A stretch of DNA of 63,735 nucleotides, the filler included, from Octopus bimaculoides (Eukaryota): NCBI RefSeq assembly GCF_001194135.2. It is 6 parts of 6 records of this genome, joined end to end, with 100 filler letters (N's around TTAATTAATTAA, not from the genome) between each part and the next. Parts side by side here need not be neighbours in the genome. Positions count along the whole stretch, not along the records: positions 59,300 to 63,735 come from NC_068996.1; 5 more parts are not named here. The stretch is one strand, 5' to 3'. Below, one piece after another: positions 62,006 to 63,735 of this stretch. The notes below the pieces were generated by a model that did no database searches, was not told the origin of the DNA, and worked only from the letters and a program-made list of their open reading frames with translations. The translations under genes and the position numbers were made by a program. The stretch's first letter is position 1. Each line of letters starts with the position of its first letter.

Positions 62006-62610
62006 AAAATAGTAAGTACAGGTAACGTTTCTACCAGCTCGATGTCTTTCTACAAGGAATATTAAAGGCTTTATAAGTAAAATTGGTATATCGAATAGTG
62101 TTACATTGCTATATTTAGTGGCAACATTCACTCGTATATTTAATTCAAAACAGAAAATGGTGATATCCATAAGTATGTAATATAATAGGTCAATCCATGG
62201 CAGATTGATGATTCCTGAAGTAATTATTGCTAATTAATTGCCTGATATACAGGCTGGCTGTCATCTAATATTTGTTGAGGAAGTTCACAATGCGTTTCTC
62301 TTTTTTCATCTAAATTGTGTTTTCTTAGTTATGATTCATGGCATTTAATGTGTTTGAGGTTTGTGATTCATTGACATTAGATTTTTCAAAGGGTTTTAAC
62401 TTTGGTAGAACTAAATGAAGCAAGAGGTTTATGTTTTATGCAGTAGATTTGTTAATCAACACCCAGTACACTCTGCAAAATGGTCAGCACTAGGAAGGGC
62501 ATCCAGTTGTAGAAACCATGCCTAAACAGACTGTTGGAACTTGGTATGACTCTTCAGCTTGCCAACTCTTGCCAAACCATCCAACCCATGCCAGCATGGA
62601 AAATGGATGT

Positions 62611-62654
<44 letters not shown>

Positions 62655-62949
62655 AATGATGATATAATTACTCTAGTATTTCAGCATGCTGACAGACTCA
62701 ATCCCTTCAGTCATGTAAGACAGTATTATGACAAATAACTGAGGTCTCAGAACAGCACCTTATGGATGCCACAAAGGGCAATGGATTTTAATACATATCT
62801 ACAGTATCTTTCCAAGAAAATCCTGCAGTTATAATGGGTTTCAATAGTAAATTCACATTTATACAGAGTATTATTCTAAACTCATATCATTGGCTGTTAG
62901 CATTTGGTTTCTTTCTCCACCCCACTCTCTCTCTCTTTTTTTTACTCTT

Positions 62950-63325
62950 TAACTCTTTTACTTGTTTCAGTCATTTGACTGTGGCCATGCTGGAGCACTG
63001 CCTTTAGTCGAGCAAATCGACTCCAGGACTTATTCTTTGGAAGCCTAGTACTTATTCTATCAGTCTCTTTTGCCGAACCGCTAAGTTACGGGGACGTAAA
63101 CACACCAGCATCAGTTGTCAAGTGATGTTGGGGGGACAAACACAGACACACAAACACACACATATATATACATATACATATACAACGTGCTTCTTTCAGT
63201 TTCCATCTACCAAATCCACTCACAAGGCTTTGGTTGGCCCAAGGCTATAGTAGAAGACACTTGCCCAAGATTCCACGCAGTGGGACTGAACCCGGAACCA
63301 TGTGGTTGGTAAGCAAGCTACTTAC
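62950..63325 (-). mobile_element. SINE family A, full length
   Basis: Matches 56560-56935. Confidence 0.9.
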
Positions 63326-63735
63326 TCTGTCTGTCTTTCTTTCTTTCAAGCAAAGTCCCACAGTTTGTGCAATAATCCCAGGTTTATTTTCATGAAATGA
63401 TTTGGCAGAATCAATAATATTGCCTATCTGTTAAAAATAGTATTCAATGCATCTGCAGAGTGATCAAAATGATGTATTCAGCTTGCAGAACATAATTGTT
63501 CTTCAGATAGTTTACAACTTGGCTGTTTGCTCCAGTTGTTGCTCTGCTTGCTTAGCACCAGGCAAACCCTGACTGAGGGGTTGAGGGACACATGATGAAA
63601 GGCATTCCAGCCATGACCATTTCTTCTTTTATAATATAATATAACTGTCCAATGATAAACCTGTAATTTGAAGGAAGTTTAGTTGATATGTTAAGCACCC
63701 ATGTAGAGGCTTCATCATTGGTCAATATATATATA

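Overview
AT-rich, gappy eukaryotic draft-genome scaffold. The repeat families and assembly style suggest an octopus (inference, not verified). About 4 kb is N-gaps. Most of the rest is microsatellite or decayed mobile DNA: two tRNA-derived SINE families, RTE LINEs and their 3' ends, R4/Dong-like elements in (TAA)n, Penelope-like elements (PLEs), Tc1/mariner remnants and MITEs. Host-gene evidence is sparse and mostly on the minus strand: the first conserved coding exon of a DGCR6/gonadal homolog (2097-2200), a housekeeping-type promoter near 12 kb with candidate upstream exons, and one 231-nt cadherin-repeat exon (40166-40396). The most unusual structures are four PLE-type hammerhead ribozyme motifs (two forming a ~200-bp hairpin, one with an 88-nt stem II loop), a MITE built around a divergent telomere-repeat palindrome, and a fold-back of two Tc1-like transposase ends. 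Most listed ORFs are microsatellite or gap artefacts. I found no intact transposon ORF, rRNA, true tRNA or CRISPR array. Repeat boundaries are approximate and identities were estimated by eye.
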